DNA of 64,000 bases, taken from Utricularia gibba (lineage: Eukaryota; Plantae; Magnoliophyta). Below, one piece after another: positions 14,188-28,138 of the stretch (position 1 is its first letter; every line of letters begins with the position of its first letter). The translations under genes were made by a program, and so were the position numbers. The DNA is taken from contig NEEC01000010.1 in the NCBI GenBank assembly GCA_002189035.1, positions 1,116,001-1,180,000 of the forward strand, read 5' to 3'. The notes beneath the pieces are model-generated. The model did not search any database. It saw only the letters and a program-made list of their open reading frames with translations, and had not been told where the DNA came from.

Positions 14188-14488
14188 TGTACAAAATATT
14201 CACCATCTCATCACACTAATTATTCCATTCATTATTGGGTTCCAAGGCTGTAACAAAATCATTGTCCTTGGTCTCGACTTCTTCTTCATTCTCTATATTT
14301 TGTAGCATATCATCCAGGATGCATGGCTCAGGGTTCACATGCGCCGGAATAAAATACTGCAATAATGCACATGTTAGCATCATGTGGGTCTGCCTTTTCA
14401 GAGGAAGAAGCATGGTGACTAAAGGGCTCTTTTTCATGACATTTCATGTTCTCTCAATAATTTTCTTACAAACTCTTGCCCGAGTCCA
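14188..14488 (-). mobile_element. Degenerate PIF/Harbinger transposase C-terminal fragment
   Basis: Minus strand reads WTRARVCKKIIERT*NVMKKSP...RQTHMMLTCALLQYFI...EWNN*CDEMVNILY. This resembles the plant Harbinger DDE end (H..ARNVIERTFG.LK.R...IVLACC.LHNFI...EW..WRDE.A). Two in-frame stops. Confidence 0.6.
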
Positions 14489-15078
14489 TTAGTAGCCACG
14501 ACAAGTTTCGTCTTAAAATTCCAGATGACTTCGACAATATGTAATAATACGCATTCCAAGTGTGTGTTTTGGAACTAACACGAGGTGTTGCTCAAATATC
14601 TGAACGAGGGTACAACTTTTGCACCCAAGATTGCAAATCCATTTTTGTATTTCTAATAATCGGTAATAATTTATTTGAATATGGAAATCAAACATCTTTT
14701 TTCACTAGGAGTCCACCAAAAACATATATATATATTGCGTGCACAGAAAGCGTTTTTTGTTCCATAATAGGGTGGGAGCCAATCCAAACTGAACCCTGTC
14801 CAATGTAGGTTACAAAAAGGTTGATTGACAAAACCGAGACCATATTTTAAAATAAATAAATATCACACACTGAATTTTCAGCCACTAATAATTAAATTTA
14901 TAATAAAAAATATTGATTGAAAAATTATTTGTGGGATGGAGTTTGATGTTTTAAAATTATGTTATAAATCTCTCAATTTTTTTTAAACAATTTGTCTTTG
15001 AAATTATGAAATTATATATTTAACTCTTCATGTTATCAAAACTAATTAATTTTGATTCTAATACCATTATAACGGTGC

Positions 15079-15166
15079 ATCATATGAGATGCAATATAAC
15101 CATCATCATTTTGAATTTTGAATCATATGAGACATGAATATAATATAACCATCATCATTTTGAATT
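15079..15166. repeat. Local tandem duplication
   Basis: ATCATATGAGA at 15079 and 15122; AATATAACCATCATCATTTTGAATT at 15093 and 15142. Confidence 0.8.
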
Positions 15167-15439
15167 ATACAAGATACAAATACGATATAATCTTAATAGG
15201 AGTATCATTCGATTAATTGAACCTTAGACATGAATGTAAAAAGATCTAGTACGAAATTTTTTTGGGTTTGAAAACAAAGTTGAATATCTGAACTGATTCA
15301 TTTTTAAAAAATTTTGAAAACCGTTTGGATCTTTGTTGCATAGTTTTAACAATTTAAAAAGTCTTTTTTTGCAATTTTGAAACATAAGGATTAGATTGAT
15401 TGGAAGTGTTGCTCTTAGAATTTCTTATTATTTGTGCAA

Positions 15440-15860
15440 TTTTGTCTTTAATATTATGGGCAATTGAGATTGTGAAAACCCGGTCTAGACACACGCTTTG
15501 GTGGATTCATGGAAAACCGACTTCCATAACAACGCTGCGACGCACTCTGGATGCTCATTTCTTGCAAGCTTCAGCTTCGGACATGGTGAGACTTGTAAGT
15601 GTTTGTGTTGTTATTGAAGCGTGCCAAAGTTTGGTGCCATACGACTAGTCACGGAGAGGAGAGGAGCATGTGGGATGCTTGGCTTCTTGCATCCTCTGTG
15701 AAGAAACTGCTTGGCTGGTCCGAATGCCTCCACGCCAAGACTGTGTCCTGGTCCACGCACTGGCTACCTCCAAAGATATGCGTAAATATCATTATTCCCG
15801 CGATATTGCGGGCGGGGCCCACTCCCCTTCCAACCAAAACTATATGTCATTTTTTAATTC
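15440..15860 (+). mobile_element. Possible LINE 3' (RNase H-like) remnant
   Basis: GC-richer island in AT-rich DNA. The translation VSWSTHWLPPKICVN resembles the WxPP..VKIN motif that opens plant non-LTR RNase H-like domains. Only this one motif supports it. Confidence 0.3.
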
Positions 15861-16139
15861 TGCGTTTCTTGGAGGAATTTTAAACTTTCAAATTTTAAAT
15901 GAGTAACGTGAGCTGTAGTAGTTGTTGTGCTCGAGGTGTCCCATACGGCATGCAACTTGCTTCAAACTGTTGGTTCAAGTTCTTCAGTACAAAACAGGTA
16001 ACACACCTGCTACCCCTGTAGGCCTGGATTTGCATTGCCCCTACCTTTGGGATTATCATTTGTTTAAACTTAAATTTGCATTAGTTCAAGAAGGAGATGG
16101 GCATGTGAAACATTATATTATTCAATTTTAATGTGTTTT

Positions 16140-16290
16140 AAAAATACATTTATATTATAATATTAAATTGTATAATAATTTAATATATTAAACTTACAGT
16201 ATATATTTTATTTTGTTAAATATTATATTAAAATTTTATGTTATTTCATAAAACAGTTTTACAATCTAAAACTAATTATATTCTATATAA
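16140..16290. repeat. AT-rich dispersed repeat, copy A (copy B at 63396-63550)
   Basis: The first 53 nt match 63396-63448 with 5 mismatches, all transitions. A second shared block, ATAAAAYAGTTTTACAATCT, follows in both copies. Confidence 0.7.
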
Positions 16291-16656
16291 TCTAAAACAC
16301 AACTTTTGATAATATCAATTAGGGTTTGCAAAAACATGTAAGCGGCTAACCGCGTTCACTTTATTGGGTAATGGCCACTGTAAGTATAGCATTAACAGCC
16401 TAATAATGCAGGAGGGAGAAGGTTAAGGACAAAAAGATTCCCTTAATAATGCTAATGACCATCCACCGAGTTGACTTACACACGCTTACCGTGAAATTGG
16501 TGGCCCTTGGAGCAAGAGACAAAAAATGAAATAAGAAATTGGGAAAAATCTGAGCAGAATCCTCTTGTCTTTATAAACCAAAGTTCAATCATGTTCTCAC
16601 TGAGTTTTTTTTTTTTTTTTGTTATTTTTTTTGTTTATGATTCCTTGAAAACTCCG

Positions 16657-17622
16657 ATGGCGGCGAGAGAGGGGGACGGTAAGGCGGCGAAACTCAGCAG
16701 GAAGCTGCAGCAGCTTCGCTCGGCAACCCACTCCTCTGCTGTGAGATAAATGGACCTTTTTTTTTACTAATGATGTTTATATACGGAATTCATTCAGTAT
16801 GATCGGAATGGAATGATTCGCAGGTCACCGAAGAGTCGGTACTGAGAGACGCTTCTGCATACATACGAGAGCTGAAGGAGAGAGTCGAGAAGCTCAAGGA
16901 AGATGTGGGGGTTCCCAGGGGTCGACCCGACAAGATCCACTGCCCCGGGTATGTTAACAAACGATTACCACTCTTCAATCCCCAATCTGGTTTACGAGAT
17001 TAGAGTTATCCATTTATTCAAGTAAAAATCCCTTTTCAAAAAGTGACATAATAGAAATTAACTGCTTGGATGAGAAGAGACAGAGAGAGAGAGAGTGAGG
17101 GGGTTGTCCGTTGCCTGAGGCAAATCTCATTGAAATCATTCAGCACTTCCTCTCTTCATGACCGTTCATTTCCTATGTTCTTGCCAAGCAACGATGCTTG
17201 CCACACACACACACCAGTTAATGGGAGTACCGTTTTTGGGATGGCGTTTCTGGTACACGTTTGCATTTACAGTTTGGTCATCTGTAGGTTGAAGTAAAAA
17301 CCCTAGAGAAAGGGCTGATGGTAAAAGCGTTCGCGGGGAGCTGCAACCCGGGGCTTCTGGTGGCCGTGCTCCAAGCTTTTGATGAGATGGGGCTGGAGGT
17401 TGTCGACGCCAGGGTCTCAACCACAAGCACTTTCCTCCTGGAAGCCATTGTTGCGGTAATAGCCTCGATAAGTCAACGCCCCGTTTCCCCTCTTTTGTAG
17501 TTTTTGAGTTCTAAATTTTGCGTACACAGTGCGAAGGTGGCTCGGGGCGCGCAGATGAAAAAGCCGTCGAACGCGCGATGGCGCAGGCGATATGGAAATG
17601 GAAGCAGCAGCAGCAGGAGTGA
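16657..17622 (+). CDS. Short atypical bHLH with C-terminal ACT-like domain (SCREAM-like, At2g40435/At3g56220-type); one apparent -1 frameshift
   Basis: Exons 16657-16740, 16824-16948, 17288-17455, 17530-17622. Motifs KLQQLRSATHSSA, SVLRDASAYIRELKERVEKL, VEVKTLEKGLMVKAF, PGLLVAVLQAFDEMGLEVVDARVS. Exon 2 is 1 nt short for its phase-0 acceptor, at the G5 run 16907-16911. Confidence 0.85.
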
Positions 17623-18759
17623 CTCATGATGATTATGTGCTGTGCATGCAACGAAATGCTGCTGCAAGGGAACTTTCAATAGCTCGCGAGTCTAAAGGCC
17701 ATATAAAAGTTAATAATCGCCTTCGTCGCTAATGCATTAATTCCATAAGAAGATAGTCTTATTTATCCATTCTCTCTTCTGCAGTATCTCCCAGAAAAAA
17801 AAAAAAAAAAAACTGAAAAAAGATTATCATGCGAAACACTCCTTTATCGGAGTTAATTTGAAAAATATATATTGTGTTTGACTGTGTTTAGAAATATACC
17901 CACCATATGTGTATTTTTTTATGATTAATGTGTACGATATAAATGGACACTGGATACCTTTCAACTTTATCGTCCGGTCTCTTTTTCTAAACTGGCAAAA
18001 AAGGAAATAAAAACGATGGGGTTTTACTAATTTAGAAGGAAAAAACAGGTATCTCTGGACGGGTAGTGGCCACATGCCTATACACTGTGACGCGGAGTAT
18101 GCAATGCAAAGATGTGGCTGAGAGCGCGATGCCGTGAATGTTGAACAGCGTCGGTCGGGCCACCCTGAGAGGCGCATGTTCGCTCCATTATGGAGGAAGC
18201 AGACACAGCAGAGGCGATGCGTCCTTCCATCGACAGTTTTGGATCGCCGGTTTTGTGATTACAACGATGATGCCTGTGCACGACCGACGGACACGAGAGA
18301 AATGGATGGGATGTGTTAGAATACTTAAAAACTGACACCCCACTGCCGCTGTGGGTCGCATGTCAGGCTTGTTTGAGAGGAAGTACTTCCGGGTTTCAAA
18401 TGTAAAAACTGAAATGAAGGATTTTAAATTTTTATGTGTAAATTTCATGTCAAACTTTTTCACAAATTTTGAGAGAAATGTACTAAAAATTGTTATTCAT
18501 ATTTTTTATGTAGTATTATCTTTTATTTCATAATATACTTGAATAAATTACATTTTAAGAATCATTTCTGATTTTGTCACATTCACAACTTTTACACCTC
18601 ACACCCTTGCAAAAGCAGGTACAAAACGTGTTTACACAAGTATCTTCAATTGATTTTTTTACTATTAAATATGTTGATTCAATGTAAGATTTTTTCATTT
18701 ATCCTATTCAGGATTTGTGATTATAAAACTAAGGAATTGTGCTTGTAGCTTGTCATTAA

Positions 18760-20500
18760 GGAAGGTTGACTTTACATCCATTTAATTATCTTCAATTTTT
18801 TTAAGCTATGACTATCCTAGTGTCAAATCTCTCTACCACAGTAGTTGATTCTATACTCTTTAGAATAGCCCTTGCCTACTATCTTGCCTTGTATATACTT
18901 GAAGGATTCTATCTATATAAGTTTTGATATTGAGCATCCATTTTAGGTCTATAATATTTGCTACAGCCAATGAATGAACAAGGATCCCAATATCATGTTT
19001 ATGATCATTCTAAATTCTTCCTCCATGGCTTCTTTTCAATAAGTTTGGTAAAGCGTTTTTCCAACTGATTGAGGCTCAGATGTAGCAATGGACACATTTT
19101 CATGCTCATAAATATCAAAGAGTGACGTTATTCTATGTAGTGAGGATCCTAATGATTCTGGTTCAGCCTTTTCATAAATCTCTGGTGACTTCCTAAACTT
19201 GGAAGGACCCTTTTCACTTGATAATTCTGATTGGGAGAATCATCCTCATGTTGCATGGCTGGTATTGGATAGACATTTTCATCAATGTTACCATGTAAGG
19301 AAATCATCCGATGTGTAATATGTAGCTTTAGATGTTGAGCCTGATATATGTGATGTTGGTATGTTGCGATCCCAATCTCATAGGTCATTCTCATCAATCC
19401 ACCAGCTTCTATCAATGCTTAACCTTTTGAGTTGTTGATTCGGTAATCTTTTGTATCTTCTGAGTATCCGATGAAAGATTTTACAAGTGAATGGTTATCA
19501 TATTTTGATATGGTCTCAATTGGGACAAAGGTGTAAGCGATTCAACTAAACACTCTTAGATGATCTGCTTTGGGTGTTTTCCCATATTAGGCTTCATATG
19601 TTGTTTGTCTATTAAGGATACTTATGAATATTTTATTATGGATGTAAACAATAGGTGTCATAGTTTCACTCTAGAACTGCTGTGATAGTTTTTTTTTTTC
19701 TCCAATCAATAAACACTATATTATTACTCCATTTCTCTTTTCCACCATGCCATTGTATGAGACTGATGATTGAGTCTCATATCTTTTCAAGATATCATTG
19801 TTGATTGAAGTATGAGCATTGTGCATCTGGCCTTTAGAGGCAATAATGTTAAAAATATAAATTTTGTTTATAGTGTTTGTAAGGGGGGAATATTCCGTTA
19901 TCCTTCCTTTTACTCCCTTTGTCTCTACTTGTTTTATATTTCTTATCAGTAGCTATTGGTTACTTTGTTTCAAGTTTGCTGAGAGTCAGACAGTTAAAAC
20001 TCTTTAATAGTACCTCGCATTTAAGACATAAATAACTTAATAAAAGTGAGATTGGGATATTTAAATGTTCCACTCTAGAAATGAGATTTTTGGCTCAAAG
20101 CAAGGCAGCATCGTATGTGTAATCTTCTTTGTTACGGTAAACTCACTCTTTGTGACGCATAGCATTTATAGCTGTGTCACTACTTTCATAAAGCGATCAA
20201 CTTAGGTTTTGATGGTTTTAGAGAGCAACATTCACATGCTTTGATTCTCCATGTCACGATTGGCAATCCCCATTTCTTTGAAGTGAGCAACTTCTTCAAA
20301 CTTTGTTTTGAGTTTGTCTCAAATTTCTTTAGCAATTTCGCAGTTTAAAGTCCTTGTTGAATGGACATATCCCTTGTTGAATAAAGAATATTTTTTTCTG
20401 GTTTTCTCTAGTTTGGAAATCCTCTTATCTTTTAACTCCTTTCAAAGAGGTATTAACCAGAAGAACCTCAAGTTACACATAAGTGCTACCAGTTTTCCAT
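18760..20500 (-). mobile_element. Highly degenerate Ty1/copia pol remnant (integrase and reverse transcriptase)
   Basis: Minus strand gives SYNGMVEKRNG (~19730-19760; cf. integrase QQNGVAERKNR), AMEEE (~19015-19029) and YKAR/IVGKGYSKEYRINY (~18840-18895; cf. RT YKARLVAKGYSQ.YGIDY), in copia INT-RT order, with many stops and frameshifts. It may extend into gag up to ~22200. No LTRs identified. Confidence 0.65.
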
Positions 20501-20869
20501 AGTTTCACGATCTGTCAATAAGCATCCATTTAAACAACTCATCTTTCACAATCCTCATCATTGAATAGCATCCATGTTAACCATGCTCCAAAATCACTTG
20601 ACAATAAGTAGTGGAATTTACTCTTGGATATTGCTGTTATTTTGAGCATACACAAGGGCAAGGAACAGAATAAATAAAACCAAGTAAAGGCAATTGATGT
20701 GATTTTATTCATGAACAGAAAAGCTTATCTAAATGGATACAGCATTATAGCACTTAAATAATGTGCAACAGCTAATAACGAGAATTATGGCCAACTAAGA
20801 TTCCACGACGCACATGTAACGTAGAATATCAGGAACATGCTTTGTGTAGAAACATATATTCCGAAAACA

Positions 20870-21150
20870 TATAAAGTGGCAAAAGAGTGGATCCTTGACT
20901 CCCATGCATATGATCACCTTGGTTGTTAGGAAAAGCAGCCGTTTTTCTGGACAAACATGACATCTTATTGGTTAAGAGTAATAGAATAATGTTTGATGAT
21001 CTAGAAGTTACTTTGAAACAGTTGTACTCACAGATTTGTTATAAACCAATAGATTGGAAAAGCTTTTTAAATAAAAGAAGTTCAGGGGAATGGTAAAGTG
21101 TTTTGGAGAAAAAGAGAGAAGGTATTCAAAGTAACTTGCTTCGAAGTATA
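20870..21150 (+). mobile_element. Possible second copia fragment (protease region) in opposite orientation
   Basis: Plus strand KVAKEWILDSHAYDHL resembles the copia EWILDSG.S.HM motif. Nothing else is clearly alignable. Confidence 0.3.
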
Positions 21151-22785
21151 CATCAAAATACTATTTTTTTCCCTCTTTTGATTATCTTTAATCCTCATTT
21201 TACATGCAGTGTGATGTTTTTTCTTTAATCCCTTTTGAGGATCCTCTATGGTTTCAAAAGGGTTAGAACTATCACAAGTTTAACTTTATTGTTATTAATA
21301 ACCTTTTAAATTTTTAAAGATGAAATAGTTAGACATATCTAACTATAGACACAATATGTAATTATCTTATCTTATACAATTTTATAAATCATTTAATACA
21401 TTGATATTTTGATGACCTTTGATGGTGTAAATGTATAATTAGTCCATTAACTCCCATCAAATATTTGCCTTTCTGGTACTTGAATCTATTAATAGCTCAT
21501 AAATACAATTTTTCAAATAACTATAATTATGAGCATCCAAAATGCTTGAAGCGTTTGTTATTCATTCCATTTATGGTTTATTTATTCCACAGTGCAACTT
21601 ACTAGTTGATGATTCTTCCTTCTTGCATTCAAACAAAGTATACCGAACTGATTCCACACATTCATAGCCATGCCGAAGTTCTTCATTTCATCCATACATG
21701 CATTTTTGAAAAAAAAAGTATGCATTTCTTCTTTGATAGCCATGGCATGTCAAATCAGATTTTTTTTTCGTCTCTCACCTTCACTAAAGTATGAAAATAC
21801 ATCCTTTTTCTTTTTTATTTCTCTCATATCCCTTTATATGTCTTTTAGTTTAACTTGCTGAGAGAATATATATCTGATATTTCACCAATCTTCATGCATT
21901 TCTTTAACTGCCCATCTTTAATTGTTGTTCATTCTCATATGAATCTCTTTCTTCATCACAAGTCAACTTGTAATAGTGTTTGGTACTTAGCTCATTTTTT
22001 AAGAAAATTTACTAGTCTTTTTTAGAAATACCCCTTGTAGTTTCTTATGATCATTCAAAATTTTACCAAGAATTTAAATCAAAATATGTTTAAATGCACA
22101 TAATCAGATTCAAACAACAACAAGACTCTTAAGAGAAAAACTAATAAAGCACTCTCCCTAATGCTTGTGATAAAATATCTATATCTGCATAGCTTTTATT
22201 CCATTTTTTTAAAAATAGTCAAATATATACACTTTTTTAAATTTGAATTTTGATGTTGGGTTATATTTTGGATTCAATAATTCATACTCTTGAACCACTA
22301 ATTGGACTCGAATTCATGCATTTTTTACCATCTCAATTATTGACTTTGATTTCTCCCCGAAATGAATCACAAACTATTCTGAAAATATATTTTCCCCCTT
22401 AAAAATTAAAGTAGTGTAAAATATTTAGAATTATTGAAAGACAATGAGAAAAATTGTGTGAAAAATAGATAAAATTAATCCAAAATCATTAGAAAAAACT
22501 TTATTTGTTTTCATCCTAAAATCGTCAATCACTCTGTCGGCCGGTCCACTCTCACAAGGAATAAGAATGAATGTATATGCTTGGGAGCTCGTGGGAGAAT
22601 AATGTTATCTTTTAATATTATATTATGTTTGAATAATTAGGTCAGATTGGTCCAAATTATGAGTCATCAATTGGGGAAAGTGGAAACCCTAGTTCTTTGT
22701 CTTCATTACACGAGTCAATGCATGACACCTGGAAACATTATCTTAAAACACGTTTTCCCTTTGTCAACTCTAGTCGTTTCGCCGC

Positions 22786-22793
22786 TATAAATA
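22786..22793 (+). promoter_or_regulatory. TATA box of the peroxidase gene
   Basis: TATAAATA lies about 80 nt upstream of ATG 22869, followed by a pyrimidine-rich initiator-like segment. Confidence 0.6.
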
Positions 22794-22868
22794 TCTCAGA
22801 GCACTCTTCCTTCACTATCAACGAGCCATAAGCGAACACGTCCCCCAAACAGAAAGTTTCGTGCAGCA

Positions 22869-24142
<1,274 letters not shown>

Positions 24143-24993
24143 GATGAAGCCTAAGATACTTGAGCTACGATGTGCGTGTTGTTCTGTATGGTGATACCTT
24201 TCAAAATTATTGATAAGGCTTTTGGTTAAAAATTTTGGATTCAAGATATTATTTTAAGACTAATTGGATTTGTAATAATAACAGGGACACAATTAATGCC
24301 AATATTTTATAATGTGAATCATGAAAACAACTATCTATATTATTATTCCCACAAAACTCCAGTTAACATCCATCTTAATAATCTATAATATTATATTTTT
24401 TATTTTTTATTTATATTTGAACATATTATTTAAAAATTAATAAAATCCAAATCTTGTTATTGAAAACAACTATTCATATTTAAGTTTTTATATTCAAAAA
24501 AAATATATTAAATCATTTTAAGGATATGATATATTTACATTAAATTGATTTTATTTAATTTTTTTTAAAGATCCGATGGTAAATTTTAAAATTATTTCAT
24601 TTTTTTTTAATGATTAAATAAGAGATTAATTAAAAAATTATATTATTTAATTATTAACATTAAATTATATCATAATTCTATTATACATAATCTGAAAAAT
24701 AGATTCAAAATACAAAATAGACTCTAAGTTAAATTAAAAAAAAAATCTATTTGAACGCGATTGAACCGAACCGTTTTGAGTTAAGTTCACGGTTTTATGG
24801 CTACTCAAAGCACACTTTTTTTTTTTTTTTGAAGAATTTCACTTGCCTTGTTTGGGGGTTTCCTGGGTCCAAATGAAATCCGTTCGGCCCACTATGATGG
24901 CTCCGAATACATACGGACTCCGATTACAAATTGATCTCGGTTTTATGTTCGTTTCCTTATCCAAGGCTGGTTGGTATCTTCTCGTAATCGGCC

Positions 24994-26278
24994 ATGGCTG
25001 TCGGAGCATCGTCTTTCAAGTTCCCTTGCAGTTGCTCTCTTTCTTCATCTCTTTCCTACGGCGCTAACCGCCTCCTTCCCCGGCAGATCAAGATCGCGTT
25101 CCGCCAGCCCACATTGTTCAGTAAGCGGATTTTTTGTTCTTTCGCCTAATTGATTGATGTGATTTCTCGTCGCTTTATTTTACTTTGCTCTCGAATTCGT
25201 TTTAGAAATATATGCAATTACCAGCAATGATATCAAGGTGGGACTCAACATCGAAGTAGATGGAAGTCCTTGGAGGGTTCTTGGTAAGTTGTTCCTGCTC
25301 TTTTGGTAGCCCGCGAAACTGGAACTGTTACAAAGGAAAATGTGATAACTGATATGGGTTTTTCCATTTTCTGGGATTTTATTTAGAGTTCCTCCACGTG
25401 AAACCTGGAAAGGGGGCTGCGTTTGTTAGGACAACCCTGAAGAATTATGTGACCGGAAATCAGGTTGAGAAAACATTCAGAGCTGGAAGTAAGGTAAATA
25501 TTCCAATTTTTCTGGTTTTAGGGCACATATTTAGCTATATGATTTTACAGCACAGAATTCCCTTGATTTTTTTTGCCATATAAGTAGTTTTGGTGCTACC
25601 TGAGGTTCCAGAGTACTTTTGACAGATAGAAGAGGCTGATATATTTAAGGAGACTAAGCAATTTACATACAAAGATGGTGCACAGTATGTCTTCATGGAC
25701 TTGGTTAGTAGTGATTACTTTTCCATATTTTTTCGAACTGTTTACAGTAAGAATACGATTACCTGTGGTTCAGACTTCATACGAAGAATATCGACTCAAT
25801 GAGGCTGATGTTGGGGATAAATCCAAGTGGTTGAAAGAAGGCATGGACTGCAACTTGCTATTTTGGAAGAGGAAGGTTACCACTCCTAAAGCTTCTGCAA
25901 TTGAGTAATCTTTTTTCATGGCCTAATTCTGGAACTGCGGCGTTAAGTCTAAATGTTCACATTGAAAACAGGTCATCGACTTTGAACTCCCCATCGTTGT
26001 GAAGTTAAAAGTGGTTGGAGTTGATCCTGGTCTAAGGGGTGACACTGCTCAAGGTAACAATTGTGTTGCTAGAGGAAAATCTCAGCAGGGAACAGGATTT
26101 GAGAACAATTTCACGAATGTTTACCATGGCTTTCATTCAACTGCTTGTTTTCATACGCAGGGGGTCTAAGCCGGCGACACTCGACACCGGAGCGGTAGTC
26201 ACAGTCCCACTGTTCATAGAGAATGGGGAAGAAGTTTTGGTTGATACTAGAACTGGTCAGTACATGAGCCGTGCATAG
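24994..26278 (+). CDS. efp: Translation elongation factor P, plastid-targeted; one apparent -1 frameshift
   Basis: Exons 24994-25120, 25206-25283, 25387-25493, 25626-25703, 25774-25875, 25972-26053, 26161-26278. Ser-rich transit peptide, then [58 protein letters not shown]. The last exon is 1 G short at 26160-26164. Confidence 0.93.
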
Positions 26279-26607
26279 AGCTCCGCTACATGGCCGTGAT
26301 ATGAAGACAGAGGTGATCTGATACAATGCACAAGAAGCATGCCGTCGGTTTTATAGAATCACTGAAGAAGAATTCTGCTGTTATGGTGACATTTTTGAAG
26401 CTGCTTGCATTTTAGGTACTACGCCACTTTTGAGTGCCATGCCGTATAATCGTGGCTCCTGGAGATTCATTCATGATCCTTGTCGGCTCAAATTACCGAA
26501 CCACCCTTGAAATATAATTTATTACGTAACATTTGAGGGTCAATTTTGGTATTACACAACGGCTTTCTCAAAGCTCACACGCACACAAAAGCGCACACGA
26601 TTCATTC

Positions 26608-26880
26608 TTAAACCCTTGAAGATCTAGCGAACTGCTTAAGGCTCATCGCAGCGGCGTCTTTCGCCGGCACCTTGGTTTGGCAGAACAGTTTGCTCACCAA
26701 CCTCCGAAAGCTATGCATGCGCCGCCGCCTCTGGATTTCTCCGGCAACCGACGTGCTACGGCCGAGAACGGCCTGATTCAGACACGCCTCAAGCGAAAGT
26801 CGCTCGTACTCGTCGAGCAACGCGCTCTTCTCGTCTCCAAACGTCTTCTTCCACGCCGATTCCTCAATAACCGCTTCCAT
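26608..26880 (-). CDS. Small uncharacterised plant protein (90 aa), intronless
   Basis: ATG-started ORF in GC-rich sequence. The LLDEYERLSLE..LNQAVLGRS.S and HSFRRLVSKLF pattern recalls a family of unannotated angiosperm small proteins. Confidence 0.65.
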   Translation of the reverse strand: MEAVIEESAWKKTFGDEKSALLDEYERLSLEACLNQAVLGRSTSVAGEIQRRRRMHSFRRLVSKLFCQTKVPAKDAAAMSLKQFARSSRV

Positions 26881-28138
26881 TTCCCGAGCCGATTGTGGAA
26901 TGAGTAGAGAGCGAATTTTTTAAGAATGTTATGGAGCAGAACCTGCTACTGAGCGCAGAAGCCATGACGCGAATTTCATGAACGTGTGCGCGAATCAAGA
27001 AAGATTACCAAGAGACGCAAAGCCCAAAGAACCCCCGACGTTCTAGATTATTCTTTTCCATTTGTTACCCGAGTTTGGCGAGAAAGGTATCCCTCATTTC
27101 CAATTTTCATTTGGAATTTATTTAATATCTTTTATTCTTCTTTTTTTTGGTCAAAAAATCTTTTTGTAGATTTAGAATATAATTACAAATGCTAAAAACT
27201 AATATAATATAATAATCACTTTCAATGACTTTTATATAGTAACTTTAGAATGATTGTTTTTTTATTAATACTATATCATCAAATTAAGTTTTTGTAGTCA
27301 CATATACTTATCTTTTTTCTGTTATGCAACATTCAAAAAGGAAATTGATATTCCATTGATTAATGAAGTAATGTTGAACACCTCAATATTCAGTGTCAAA
27401 GCACAGTCGACCTTGTCTTTATCGAATGAGAACGGATTTGGGTAACTATTGGAATTGCTGATTTATACTTACCAAAGGATATCTATACTTTCTCTACTCT
27501 TATTTAATAATATATTTTGCATTCTACTAAAAATTCGTGAAATAATTAATGAACATTTAATAACCAAAATATAATACATTCGTTTTTCCGCCAACCTGGC
27601 CAACTAGAGAATAATATAATAGTTCTCATTTTATTTTTATATTATTATAATACTAAAAAAAGTAAATTGTTAAAATTAATTAAATTGGTCAACTGTAAAA
27701 GATAAGCCCAAACATTATGGGCTTGGGCGCAGAAGAGTTGATGCTTCGTGGCCCAGGTTCTCATGTTCTTTTGGTGTTTTGGGGCGTCAACATGTTTAAT
27801 TTAACATCATCATCTCTGTTGCGATTTACGAAGTTCACAGGAGGTTTCGTTAATCTGCCGTTATTGACTTGCTCTGCATGTGTTCAAGCTTTGATTTTTC
27901 TTCGTTTTTTTTTCCCGAATTGCGCAAGCGATTTTTTCTTTGAGGGAATCGATGCCATTTGCTTTGTGCTTTTATCGATTTGCATTCGTGCGTGGTGTCC
28001 AAGCCTTTGGTTGAACTGTTGAAGGGTGTATCGGAATCCGAATAATTACTGAAAATGAGGCGAAGCTCTTCTGAAAGGTGATTTTAGGGAAAAAAAAATA
28101 GAGAGGAGGTTGGGCAGATCGCGATTCAGAAGCGTTTA

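Noticed and set aside
18189-18212. TGGAGGAAGCAGACAC resembling miR164
   Set aside because: Several mismatches and an indel, and no convincing star arm.
27482-27607. Possible mini-Helitron (5' TC after A; small hairpin then CTAG)
   Set aside because: The hairpin stem is only 4 bp, the 3' flank is A rather than T, and no second copy is seen in the window.
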